Of a stretch of DNA of 64,000 bases, positions 1 to 12,070 are shown piece after piece. The notes below the pieces were generated by a model. That model did no database searches. It saw nothing but the letters and a program-made list of their open reading frames with translations, and was not told where the DNA came from. Source of the stretch: Desulfobacterales bacterium (GTDB taxonomy: Bacteria; Desulfobacterota; Desulfobacteria; Desulfobacterales; JAEINQ01); assembly GCA_016342285.1 (NCBI GenBank), contig JAEINQ010000027.1, forward strand, positions 7,841-71,840. Direction: 5' to 3'. The translations under genes and the position numbers were made by a program. How positions within the stretch are numbered: position 1 is the stretch's first letter; each line of letters starts with the position of its first letter.

Positions 1-454
1 GTTTTGCCTGCAGGATCACACGGTTTAAAACCTCTGCGATGCGGGACGGATGAAGCACTTCTTCCTGATAGGCAACCATGTCCTCAAACACGGCCATCTG
101 TGGAATTTCCTGGAAACCACCCTGCCCCATGGTCAGGTTTGCCGCCTGGGGGGTGACCAGCAGAAGCGGGGTATGGTTCCAAAAGGCGGTTTTCACAGGG
201 GTAACGAAGTTGGTGATGCCGGGGCCGTTCTGGGCCACCATCATCGACATCTTGCCGGAGGCACGGGTGAAACCGTCGGCCATCATACCGGCATTGCCTT
301 CATGCCCGCAATCCCAGAAAGTGATGCCTGCCTTGGGAAACAGGTCGGAAATCGGCATCATCGCCGAACCGATAATACCAAATGCGTGTTCGATTCCGTG
401 CATCTGGAGAACTTTAACAAAGGCCTCTTCAGTGGTCATCTTCATTTTTCCCAT
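1..454 (-). CDS. xsc: Sulfoacetaldehyde acetyltransferase (ThDP-dependent), N-terminal part; the 3' end lies outside the window
   Basis: Absent from the ORF track because the window edge truncates it. Reverse translation from the ATG at 454 gives MGKMKMTTEEAFVKVLQMHGIEHAFGIIGSAMMPISDLFPKAGITFWDCGHEGNAGMMADGF...NGPGITNF...LLLVTPQA. I recognise this as the Xsc/ThDP-enzyme N-terminal domain. AGGAGG lies 6 nt upstream of the ATG. Confidence 0.75.
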   Translation of the reverse strand, partial: MGKMKMTTEEAFVKVLQMHGIEHAFGIIGSAMMPISDLFPKAGITFWDCGHEGNAGMMADGFTRASGKMSMMVAQNGPGITNFVTPVKTAFWNHTPLLLVTPQAANLTMGQGGFQEIPQMAVFEDMVAYQEEVLHPSRIAEVLNRVILQAK

Positions 455-523
455 ACCATTCCTCCTTATAACGTCATCGCATCGATTCCGGGTTGGCCGG
501 CAGGGTGCCGGACCGGCGAGTCA

Positions 524-551
524 CTTGATATCTGATATATCAGATATCAAG
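524..551. promoter_or_regulatory. Perfect 28-bp palindrome, candidate operator upstream of xsc
   Basis: CTTGATATCTGATA|TATCAGATATCAAG read directly, 70-97 nt upstream of the xsc start codon. Confidence 0.5.
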
Positions 552-647
552 CACGGTCAAGGGATTTCCCCGCTTATGGATGGAAAATAGATAGGAGCAA
601 GACCCCGTGACGGGTCCGCCAGTAAAAACAGAATTTTGACAATTCAT

Positions 648-675
648 ACAAAACCGATTGCCGATGGCAATACGG
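648..675 (-). terminator. Rho-independent terminator after the hybrid kinase gene
   Basis: On the minus strand: CCGTATTGCC-ATC-GGCAATCGG followed by TTTTGT, 25 nt after the stop codon at 701. Confidence 0.5.
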
Positions 676-700
676 CGTCTCAATCGGGCTCAAAACGCTT

Positions 701-2935
701 CTACTGGCGATCGAGCACACTGCGGATTTTTTTCGACAACTGCTCAAGATTGTAGGGCTTTTGAATGAACCCCTGGCAGCCCCGATCAAGAATTTTCGTG
801 GCCTTGCCGTTGATGCTGTATCCACTGGACAGGATAACCCGGACCCCGGGGTTGATCGCCTTGAGCCGGTCAAAGGTCTCGCTACCCCCCATATCCGGCA
901 TGATCATGTCCAGAATCACCAGATCAATCTCGTCTTGATGCTGCTGGTAGATCTCAAGGGCCTGGGCTCCGCCTTGGGCGATCATCGCCCGGTATCCCAG
1001 GGTCTCCAGCATCTTGCTGCCCACATCGATAACCATGGGCTCGTCATCGGCCAACAAAATGGTCTCGCTCCCCCTGACGACGGTTTTGGCAACCGGGGTC
1101 TCTTCCACCACCGTCTTGTCCGAAGCGGGCAGATAGATCTGAAATGTGCTCCCCTCGCCTTTTTGGCTGGTTACGCTGACGCTGCCGCCATGGTTGGCGA
1201 TGATGCCATAGACCGATGCCAGGCCGAGCCCGGTCCCCCGGCCCATCTCCTTGGTGGTGAAAAAGGGGTCGAAGATACGCGCCTGGGTGGCCTGGTCCAT
1301 GCCGACGCCGGTGTCGGTCACCGTAATCCGCACGTACCGCCCCGGCTTGAGCTGGCGGGCCTCGGCTTCGGAGGCGTCCATGGCCACCACGTTCTCGGTT
1401 TCCAGGTAAAGGTCGCCGCCGCCCGGCATGGCCTGCCAGGCATTGACGAACAGGTTCATCAGTACCTGCTCGATCTGGCCCTGGTCGGCTTCGACCGCCC
1501 ACAGTCCTTTTGGATACTTCCCGTGGATATGGACCTCCTTCTTGGTCCGGCCGAACATGCTGGCCGACTTTTCCACCAGGGCGGCAAGATCGGTCGGTTT
1601 GACCTCGTACTTGCCGCCTCGGGCAAAACCGAGCAACTGGCGGGTCAGCTCGGTGGCGCTGACAATGTACTCTTCGATGCCCAACAGGTGGTCATGATGG
1701 GGTTGACCCGGCCGTGAATCCATCCTCATCAGCGACGTTCGACCCTGGATACCCATAAGCAGATTGTTGAAATCATGGGCGATACCGCCGGCAAGGGTCC
1801 CGATGGCCTCCATGCGCTGGCTGCGCTGGAGCTGATCTTCGAGCTTTCTCTCCTGAGACAGGTCCCTTAGAAAGTTCAATACAGCCGGGCGGCCCTCCCA
1901 TTGAATACGAACGGTGTTGACTTGTGACCAGATCTGTTCGCCCTCCCGGGTCAGCACCCGGAAGGTGTAGGTGGCGGACAGGTCGTCACCTGAAAACCAT
2001 CGCGGCATCAGACCGCGATCCTCTTCGTAGACCAGGTCGGCCAGGGGAATCTGTCCCAACTCATGGGCCGTGTAGCCGATCAGCGCCTCGGCCCTGGGAT
2101 TGGAAAACTTGATGACACCGTCCTGGGCGATAAAGATGGCGTCGCTGGCATTTTCCACCAACAGCCTGTACTTCTCTTCGCTTTCCCGCAGCGCCTTTTC
2201 AGCCTCTTTGTGATCGGCAATCTCCTTTTCCAGCCGCCGGTTCAACTCATTTAACGACTTTTCCCGCGCCCGTACCTGATCGGCCATGAAATTGCATCGT
2301 GACAGGATCACATCGATCTCCGTCTGCTTGCCGCCGTCAAAGCGGTATTCATAGTCTCCATGGGCGATCCGGTCGATGCCGGCCACCAAGCTGTCGATGG
2401 GGTTGCGCAGGAACACGCGAAGCAAAATACCGGTCAGGCCGAGCAACACGAAAATACTTACCAGCATGGTTAGAATGCTGGACCAGATCAGCCGGCGGTT
2501 GTTTTCCGCATAAAGCCGCGACGTCAGTCCGATTTCGATCTGCCCGATGATCTGGTCGTTATGACGCACGTTTCGCACCCGTCTTACAGCCGGGTCATTT
2601 TCGCCGGGCTTGGTCTGATCGAAAAGCACGGTACCCGTTGTCTCTTGAATTCGAAGCCGGGCGATCAGCTCGTTGTTGAAGTAGGACCGGGCAATTTTCC
2701 GCACCCCTTCCCCGTCCACATGCCAGATGGGCAGTTCGAGGCTGTCCATCAGATATGAGGCGTACTCATCGGCTTTCTGGCCGAGTTGATCGCTGGCGGT
2801 TCGGGCCGAGACCAGATAATTGACGACAATGGCCAGGCTGGATGCGAACAGCACGACGAAAACCAGGGCAAGGGTCAGATCGCGAGATATGGATCGTTGG
2901 GCTAATTTCATTATAAGTCCAAGGCTGTCCGTCAT
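701..2935 (-). CDS. Hybrid sensor histidine kinase (2 TM + periplasmic loop, HAMP, PAS, HisKA, HATPase, C-terminal receiver)
   Basis: 744-aa ORF. H-box GIAHDFNNLL, G-boxes DTGVGM and GTGLGL, receiver ILLADDEP...DLVILDMIMPDMGG, PAS region after a coiled coil. The start may instead be the ATG at 2911. Confidence 0.9.
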   Translation of the reverse strand: MTDSLGLIMKLAQRSISRDLTLALVFVVLFASSLAIVVNYLVSARTASDQLGQKADEYASYLMDSLELPIWHVDGEGVRKIARSYFNNELIARLRIQETTGTVLFDQTKPGENDPAVRRVRNVRHNDQIIGQIEIGLTSRLYAENNRRLIWSSILTMLVSIFVLLGLTGILLRVFLRNPIDSLVAGIDRIAHGDYEYRFDGGKQTEIDVILSRCNFMADQVRAREKSLNELNRRLEKEIADHKEAEKALRESEEKYRLLVENASDAIFIAQDGVIKFSNPRAEALIGYTAHELGQIPLADLVYEEDRGLMPRWFSGDDLSATYTFRVLTREGEQIWSQVNTVRIQWEGRPAVLNFLRDLSQERKLEDQLQRSQRMEAIGTLAGGIAHDFNNLLMGIQGRTSLMRMDSRPGQPHHDHLLGIEEYIVSATELTRQLLGFARGGKYEVKPTDLAALVEKSASMFGRTKKEVHIHGKYPKGLWAVEADQGQIEQVLMNLFVNAWQAMPGGGDLYLETENVVAMDASEAEARQLKPGRYVRITVTDTGVGMDQATQARIFDPFFTTKEMGRGTGLGLASVYGIIANHGGSVSVTSQKGEGSTFQIYLPASDKTVVEETPVAKTVVRGSETILLADDEPMVIDVGSKMLETLGYRAMIAQGGAQALEIYQQHQDEIDLVILDMIMPDMGGSETFDRLKAINPGVRVILSSGYSINGKATKILDRGCQGFIQKPYNLEQLSKKIRSVLDRQ

Positions 2936-2978
2936 TCACGGTGAAAAGAAAAAGATGGAACTGGGTACCAACGGGAAA

Positions 2979-3776
2979 TCACGGGCCTTCAGCGGCTCGG
3001 ACGATTCGGGCGTATGGTTCGCTGACACGGACCCGCTCGATGGCCGAATCGATCTTTGTAACGGTTTGTTCATCGACCCCCAGGCTGAACATGATAGGGC
3101 GTTGGTTCCCCTCGGGGGCGTCGGCAATGCGGACGATCCGTCCCATGACCGCGGCCCGGTCATTCCGGGCCAGAATGTTCATGGCCTCTTCCATGGCAAT
3201 GAGCATGTAGTCCACGCGGGATCGAAGGACCATTTCCAAAAGGCTGCCCTGGCTTCCGGCCAGACGATAGGTTTTCGGTTTAAAGCGGGCCATCTGCCCG
3301 TCAGCCCACAAACCATAGGAAAACTCGTCCAGCACCCCCAGGGTCAAGTCACTGGACAGGATCCGGGCCATTTCCGGTGCTTCTTCAAACCGCGGGGCCA
3401 GCTGCCGGTTGATGATGATGCACAGCGGACGGTTGCGATAGATGGGCTGACTGAACCGGGCGAATCGCTGCCGTTCCGGCGTTTTGAACCACCCGGGTGA
3501 GCTGACCCGGCGATGTTCCCTCAGCCGGCTGAGAATGCGCTTGTGGGGCATTTCCTCAAACTGGAACGGAACCTGGGCTTCGCTCAGGATCAGTCGCGTG
3601 ATCTCTACCAGAAAACCGCCGGCCTGCCCGGCCTCGTCTGTCTCATAGTAGGGCGGGCGGTGAAAATAATAGACCGTCAGCGATTCGCCTGCAGCGACCG
3701 GGGCAGCCGCCAGCAAAAGACCGGCCAACACCCCAGCAATCGTCCATCTGGCCGCCACGTTCATCATACTGCCCAT
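2979..3776 (-). CDS. Periplasmic solute-binding protein (family 3 / PBPb-like), orphan (no permease or ATPase nearby)
   Basis: The track ORF 2979..3806 starts at a GTG inside the upstream gene. The ATG at 3776 lies 7 nt after the upstream stop and yields signal peptide MGSMMNVAARWTIAGVLAGLLLAAAPVAAG. Alternating pattern typical of amino-acid-type SBPs. Confidence 0.75.
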   Translation of the reverse strand: MGSMMNVAARWTIAGVLAGLLLAAAPVAAGESLTVYYFHRPPYYETDEAGQAGGFLVEITRLILSEAQVPFQFEEMPHKRILSRLREHRRVSSPGWFKTPERQRFARFSQPIYRNRPLCIIINRQLAPRFEEAPEMARILSSDLTLGVLDEFSYGLWADGQMARFKPKTYRLAGSQGSLLEMVLRSRVDYMLIAMEEAMNILARNDRAAVMGRIVRIADAPEGNQRPIMFSLGVDEQTVTKIDSAIERVRVSEPYARIVRAAEGP

Positions 3777-3783
3777 TTTTTGC

Positions 3784-5649
3784 CTAAATTGAACGGGCTC
3801 CCCCACTGTTGACGGCCAGGCTCAAATACCGGCTGTTTTCCTCGAACATCAGCCGCTTTGCCACCATCTCTCTTAAAAAAGGCATCAACCGGCCCGCATC
3901 GATTCCCCCGAACCTCTGAAGAATCGATGGCACCGATCGATGATGCAGACAATAGAGGTATATCTTTCGAGACAATCCTGTCAATCGGTGATTGAGCCGG
4001 TCGGCGTTGACACGGCGCTGGTAAATGATGATGAAATCCCGGCCGTCGCGATAGCTCAGCGGCTGTTCCCGGCCGTTGCCGGAAAGGGCATTGTACTGAC
4101 TTTTCCATTCGGCCACCCCCCGGCGTACCGGTCGCCACAAAACACGCTGGTGCCCGCGGTCCCCACGGTAGGCCTGAATCATGTGGCAAAGCCCTCGAAG
4201 GGGGCCTTCGGGAAAAATCGCCGCATAGTTGGGGTGGTTGAATACCGCCCGCATGCCGTAACCGCGGCGCGCCTGCCACACCGGCGAACCGCACCCCAGC
4301 CAGAAGGAAACCGGCCGCAAGGGCTTAAACCATGTGGCAAAGGTCAGGTTTTGAAGGGTTTCTGCCACATCGTCCGCATCGCTTCCCGGAAACTCAAGGA
4401 GAAGGTTGGACCGGTTGACGATTCCCAACTCCTGACAATGGCGCATGATCTCCAGGTTGTCGATGGCCCGGGTCCCCTTGTTTAACTTTTTAAGAAGCCG
4501 GCTGCTCAGGGCTTCGATGCCGATCTGAACCTCGCGCAGTCCGGCCCGCCGCATGATTTCCAGGTCATCCCGAGCCGTGGTGGCCCGGATCTCGGCAAAG
4601 AGCGCCAAGTCCATTTTCAGCGCGGCAAGACCACCAAAGGTCTCCGGCCCCCCGGAGAGCGGAAGGACATTGTCCATGAAGGCCACCGACAGGACCTGGT
4701 GGCGCCGGGTGAGGGCCGCCACTTCGGCCACCACCTGGCCAGCCCCTTTGAACCGATACCCCTGCCACTGAAGGTTGAGGTTGCAAAAACGGCACCCGGA
4801 CAGGCCGTCTTCGGCATGTCGGCCACGCCACCAGCACCCCCGGGACATTTCAACCCCTAAAGTTGGAAAAAAGCGGTCCTTGGATGAAAAGGTACCCAGC
4901 AGGGCAAAATAGTCTTCGTAGTCCGGTACGGGCAGGTCGGCAAGGTCCGGCATCTGGTCAAAGCCCGCCCCGTCCGATTCGCTACCTGGCGCGTTGACCC
5001 CGGCCACGGGCGTCACGGCACTGGCCGGACGGCCTTGGAGCAGGTGGGCAACCAGGGCGGCCAAGGGCCTTTCGCCCTCACCGCTCACCACAAAATCGAT
5101 TTCGGGGAAAGCGACCCGCAGGCTGTCAGCTGCGGCCGGGACCAGCCCGGCACCGCCCAGCACCGTGGGCAGGGCCGGCCATCGTCTTTTGAGACAACGA
5201 ATGAAATAGAGGGTGGCGGTGAATTGGCAGAGACTGTTGGAAAAACCGGCAAGCAGCCAGCTCGACCCGTCGACGGAATCGAGCCAGCGCTCGGCCAGTT
5301 CACCGACAGTGATGACCAGCCGGTCAAAGTCGGCGCCCGCAAGGCGCCGGGGTCCCCTGGATTCCCTTACAAACAGCTTTCTGGCTTCGCCGTGTCGATC
5401 CGGAAAGAGCAAGGCGGCAAAAACGGATTCGGCCAGCCAGGTCCGCGCCGATATCTGTTCGTAGAGCTTATAGCCAACCTCCCGGGCCACGCTGAGATAA
5501 AGGTGATGGGCATCCACCTGAAGACTGGGAAACTGCTGTCGAAGGTAGGCCTTAAGCACGCCAAGCTGAACCGACGGCCGGCTGTGGAGCGGCCACGGCG
5601 CCGAGATCAGGGCCAGGGCTTTAACCGGTTCTGAAGGCGAAGAGGGCAT
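3784..5649 (-). CDS. B12-binding-domain radical SAM protein resembling the RiPP-maturation radical SAM family (TIGR03975-like)
   Basis: ORF 3784..5664; the ATG at 5649 is preceded by GGGGGTG. N-terminus ALISAPWPLHSRPSVQLGVLKAYL. Core SRGCWW...GCRFCNLN...DNVLP...LFAEIRA...GLREVQIGIEALSSRLLKKLNKG...NLLLEFPG matches my memory of that family's signature. Confidence 0.75.
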   Translation of the reverse strand: MPSSPSEPVKALALISAPWPLHSRPSVQLGVLKAYLRQQFPSLQVDAHHLYLSVAREVGYKLYEQISARTWLAESVFAALLFPDRHGEARKLFVRESRGPRRLAGADFDRLVITVGELAERWLDSVDGSSWLLAGFSNSLCQFTATLYFIRCLKRRWPALPTVLGGAGLVPAAADSLRVAFPEIDFVVSGEGERPLAALVAHLLQGRPASAVTPVAGVNAPGSESDGAGFDQMPDLADLPVPDYEDYFALLGTFSSKDRFFPTLGVEMSRGCWWRGRHAEDGLSGCRFCNLNLQWQGYRFKGAGQVVAEVAALTRRHQVLSVAFMDNVLPLSGGPETFGGLAALKMDLALFAEIRATTARDDLEIMRRAGLREVQIGIEALSSRLLKKLNKGTRAIDNLEIMRHCQELGIVNRSNLLLEFPGSDADDVAETLQNLTFATWFKPLRPVSFWLGCGSPVWQARRGYGMRAVFNHPNYAAIFPEGPLRGLCHMIQAYRGDRGHQRVLWRPVRRGVAEWKSQYNALSGNGREQPLSYRDGRDFIIIYQRRVNADRLNHRLTGLSRKIYLYCLHHRSVPSILQRFGGIDAGRLMPFLREMVAKRLMFEENSRYLSLAVNSGGARSI

Positions 5650-5797
5650 AACACCCCCTACCACACCTTTTTCTTGACAGTCCAGGCCCTCGTTCAGTAG
5701 TCAGCCAGGACCGGTTGACGTCTAATGACCGGAACCCTGGCCCGGAGAAACGGGCTTCCAAGCTGAAAAGACGACCCTGTATAGGTCTAAATCTAAA

Positions 5798-8788
<2,991 letters not shown>

Positions 8789-8790
8789 GG

Positions 8791-8868
8791 CGTCACCCGC
8801 TAAGCGGTTGGCCTCAGGAGGCCCTCTATAGGAGGGCTTAATCTCCAATAGCCAATTCTCAATTTTAG
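8791..8868 (+). repeat. Repeat family E (double hairpin) + D-arm fragment directly after the SNF2 stop
   Basis: CACCCGC-taa-GCGGTTG, cctcagg, AGGCCCTC-tata-GGAGGGCT, then taatctccaatagccaattctcaatttt. Related copies at about 40960, 53198 and 55645. Confidence 0.7.
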
Positions 8869-9004
8869 AACTAACGAACGCCCTTTGACCGCAGCTTGCC
8901 AAAGTGCCAATCCATGTTAGATTGATAACTGCAACCATACAAAATCAATGGATGGCCCCATCCCACCAAGTCCTCCCGGGGCGATCCATACAAGGAGCAA
9001 AGTT

Positions 9005-9337
9005 ATGGACCGTGTTGATATCCTGATCATCGGCCAGGGACCGGCGGGGCTTTCGGCTGCCATCTACGCGGGAAGGGCCGGCATGAAAACCCGGATCCTG
9101 GGGTGCGATCCCAAGGTGGCCGGAGACTACACCATCGACAATTATTTCGGATTTCCTGAACCGCTCACCGGAAAGGAACTCATCGAACGCGGGGTGCGCC
9201 AGGCGAAAAAATTCGGCGTGGGGCGGTTTCTTCAGATCGCCGTGGCCGTAGGCGAAGGTGCCCTGGCAGCCAGGGCTGTCATCGGTCACGTGAAAAAAGT
9301 CTGTCGAGCAACGCCAAAACAGATTGCCGGATCATGA
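9005..9337 (+). pseudogene. Internally deleted thioredoxin-reductase-like FAD oxidoreductase remnant (110 aa)
   Basis: MDRVDILIIGQGPAGLSAAIYAGRAG (FAD GxGxxG N-terminus) runs after about 85 aa straight into a C-terminal-type segment QIAVAVGEGALAARAVIGHVKK. The NADPH domain and CxxC region are missing. AAGGAG precedes the ATG, so it may still be translated. Confidence 0.55.
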
Positions 9338-11371
9338 CGCCTGGGTCGGGCCGTTGGCCTCATCCCCGCCTTCTACAGGATCGACGCTGACGGCTCGACC
9401 CGCATCCAGTACGTTCCGGACCATTTGGGCCATATCGGATTTAACAATCGGTTTCATCAAGAACCCCTTTATGCCAATGGCCGCGGCCTTGTCCCGGCTT
9501 ATCCGCTCGCTAAACCCCGTACAAATGATAACCGGCAGGCCCGGCTTGATGGAAAGCAATTCCCTGGCAAGCTGGTCCCCGGTCATATTCGGCATGGTCA
9601 CGTCCGTAATAACCAGATCAAAGCTATCCGGATTGGCCCGGAAGGCTTCCAAGGCCTCCAGGCTGCTGACGCGGGATGTCACCTTGTAACCGAGACGTTC
9701 AAGCATTTGTTTTTCAAGCCGCACAATCGGTTCTTCATCGTCAACCAACAAAACCCGTTCATTGCCGGTTTGATAGATCGCCGGCTTTTCGACCGATGGC
9801 GTGCCAGGGTATTTTTGCATTAAAGGCAGATAGACATTGAACGTCGCGCCCTTTCCCGCCTGGCTGAAAACCTTGATGTCGCCCCGGTATTCTTTGACAA
9901 TTCCGTAAACAACGGCAAGCCCGAGGCCCGTCCCTTTCCCTTTCGCCTTTGTCGTGAAATAGGGTTCGAAAATCTTATCGAGCACGGCCGGATCAATACC
10001 GGATCCGGTGTCGGAAACCGTCAGCATGGCATATGTGCCCGGTTCGAGGGAACGGCCGGCCGGAACCCCATCGACCACATCCGTTTCCTTTAGTTGGACG
10101 GCTATTTCCCCACCCGTGGGCTCCACGGCATGGTAGGCGTTGGTCAGCAGGTTCATGGCGATCTGGTGCAATTGCGTTGGGTCTGCCATGACCAGACCAC
10201 AATCGACTTGGATATCGTGAGTCATTTCGATATTTGACGGAATGGTCGAACGAACAAGCCCCAAGGTCTCTTTCAATATCTGCTGAACTCGAACCGGCAT
10301 CATCTTGTGCTCGGTCTGGCGGCTGAAGGCAAGAATCTGCTGGACCAGCTCACTTCCTCTTTTTCCGGCTTTAAGGATTTCTTGAACGTTGTCATACGCC
10401 AGGCTGCCGGGCGACAAATCCTCCAGGAACAGCTCGGACAGTCCGATGATAGGGAACAGGATATTGTTGAAGTCATGGGCAATTCCGCCGGCCAAAGTGC
10501 CTATGGATTCCATTTTCTGGGCTTGTTGAAGACGCTCTTTGAGTTCTTTTTGTTCGGTGATATCCTGAAATATTCCTTTCACTTTGACGCAGTTGCCGTC
10601 CTTGAATTCGGGTCGGCCAATGGCACGCGACCAAAACAACCGCCCTTTGGCCGTGGTACCACGCAGCTCCAGATCGAACTGTTCGCCGGTTTCCATGGCC
10701 CGTCGGTAGGCTTTCTCAAGAACCGCCCGGTCCTCTGGCGGGTAATAATCCAAATGCTCTTCGGGGCCCGGAACAGGCCCGGATTCGATCCCCACGATCT
10801 TGTAGGTCTCTTTTGTCCAGGTCGCCTTGCCGGTGATCAGATCGTGCTCCCAACCGCCAATCTTGGCAATGGACCCCATCTCGTTGAGAAGCTGTTCGCT
10901 GCTTTTTAGCTGGTCTTCGGCCCGCTTTCGGTCGGTGATGTCGGTGAGAACGCCGATCAGGCCGCCATCCCGATCCCCGTCGCGAACCAGCCGACTGGAG
11001 GTTCGTATCCAGCGATATCCGCCGCTCTTTGCCCGCAACCGGTACTCGCTCGGGCGATGCAGACCCTGCAGCACATCGTTAAATGCCTCAAGAATCGCGG
11101 GCAGATCATCGGGGTGAATGAGATGCGCAAAGGGACTGCCGATGAGTTCGGAGGGGGCATAGCCAAGAACCGACTCGACCCGTGGGCTCAAATAGGTAAT
11201 GGTTCCACCGGCATCGACCGCGTAGAGCACATCATTGATCCTTTCCACAAGCTCACGGTATTTTTCCTCCGATCGCCGAAGCTCTTCTGTTGCCCGTTTT
11301 CGGCCCAATTCCGCCTCTTCCAGCACCTGGACCCGTTTTTCCAATTCTTCATAGGTCGGCTTTTCATTCAT
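9332..11371 (-). CDS. PAS/PAC hybrid sensor histidine kinase with C-terminal receiver
   Basis: 679 aa. Two PAS/PAC modules (coiled-coil leaders, DITDRKRAE, DITEQKELKE), H-box GIAHDFNNIL, DTGSGI, GTGLGL, receiver LLVDDEEP...DLVITDVTMPNMTG. Confidence 0.9.
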   Translation of the reverse strand: MNEKPTYEELEKRVQVLEEAELGRKRATEELRRSEEKYRELVERINDVLYAVDAGGTITYLSPRVESVLGYAPSELIGSPFAHLIHPDDLPAILEAFNDVLQGLHRPSEYRLRAKSGGYRWIRTSSRLVRDGDRDGGLIGVLTDITDRKRAEDQLKSSEQLLNEMGSIAKIGGWEHDLITGKATWTKETYKIVGIESGPVPGPEEHLDYYPPEDRAVLEKAYRRAMETGEQFDLELRGTTAKGRLFWSRAIGRPEFKDGNCVKVKGIFQDITEQKELKERLQQAQKMESIGTLAGGIAHDFNNILFPIIGLSELFLEDLSPGSLAYDNVQEILKAGKRGSELVQQILAFSRQTEHKMMPVRVQQILKETLGLVRSTIPSNIEMTHDIQVDCGLVMADPTQLHQIAMNLLTNAYHAVEPTGGEIAVQLKETDVVDGVPAGRSLEPGTYAMLTVSDTGSGIDPAVLDKIFEPYFTTKAKGKGTGLGLAVVYGIVKEYRGDIKVFSQAGKGATFNVYLPLMQKYPGTPSVEKPAIYQTGNERVLLVDDEEPIVRLEKQMLERLGYKVTSRVSSLEALEAFRANPDSFDLVITDVTMPNMTGDQLARELLSIKPGLPVIICTGFSERISRDKAAAIGIKGFLMKPIVKSDMAQMVRNVLDAGRAVSVDPVEGGDEANGPTQAS

Positions 11372-11535
11372 CTGAAGAACCCCAACGGTTCGGATCGTTA
11401 CATCGGTTTAGGTGTCTTGCGGACACTTCAGTCTTCCCAAAGATATCGACTGGATATTATAGCGTCTTCTATTTTTATCAAGGCATTGGGCGGAGCCTTT
11501 GATTGACTCAGTCTTCGCTCCGGCCACTCGAAAAT

Positions 11536-11859
11536 TCTTTTTCCACATGAAACAAGGTGGCGCCCACCGGTGCCAAGGAAAGTAAGAGAATGTTGATGCC
11601 GGGAGGGCAAAAACCACAGCCCAAAGCCCAAGTGAAAGGGAGGTGCTTGAGCAGGAAGGAAAAACGGTCGCCAAAGGACACCATTGCCGGACCGGCACCA
11701 GGTCAGGGTTATCCAGGCCAGGAAGATCACAGCCACCCCAACGGTCGGAGCCACGGGGTCAAAACGAGCCGCGCAAGACCCAGGGTCAACAGCCGGGGCA
11801 TTTTCAACCCCTGGCCCAGGCCCCCGTCAATCGTATGCCATGCCGCTAAAAAATGGCAT
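11536..11859 (-). pseudogene. Decayed, internally deleted paralog of the CysZ/EI24-family gene at 17980..18690
   Basis: Nucleotide similarity to both the 3' about 190 bp and the 5' about 190 bp (plus leader up to about 11905) of 17980..18690. The middle about 380 bp are missing (junction near 11728-11735 at a gccacc repeat). TGG to TGA nonsense at codon 11 (11827-11829) plus frameshifts. Confidence 0.8.
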
Positions 11860-12070
11860 GGCATGAATGGAACCCCAAAGCGATGGACATGTCAACAGAT
11901 TTTCACGCTCACCCCCAGGGGAATCGCGTGTCGCTTTGGCACAAAGCGTGCTCAACCGACGTGAAGCCGTTAGCCCGGAACAATTCCGACAACATATTGC
12001 TTCGGATTCCCCGAACCGGTCACCGGCAAAGAGCTCATGGAACACGGTATTCGCCAGGCTCAAATCGCAA

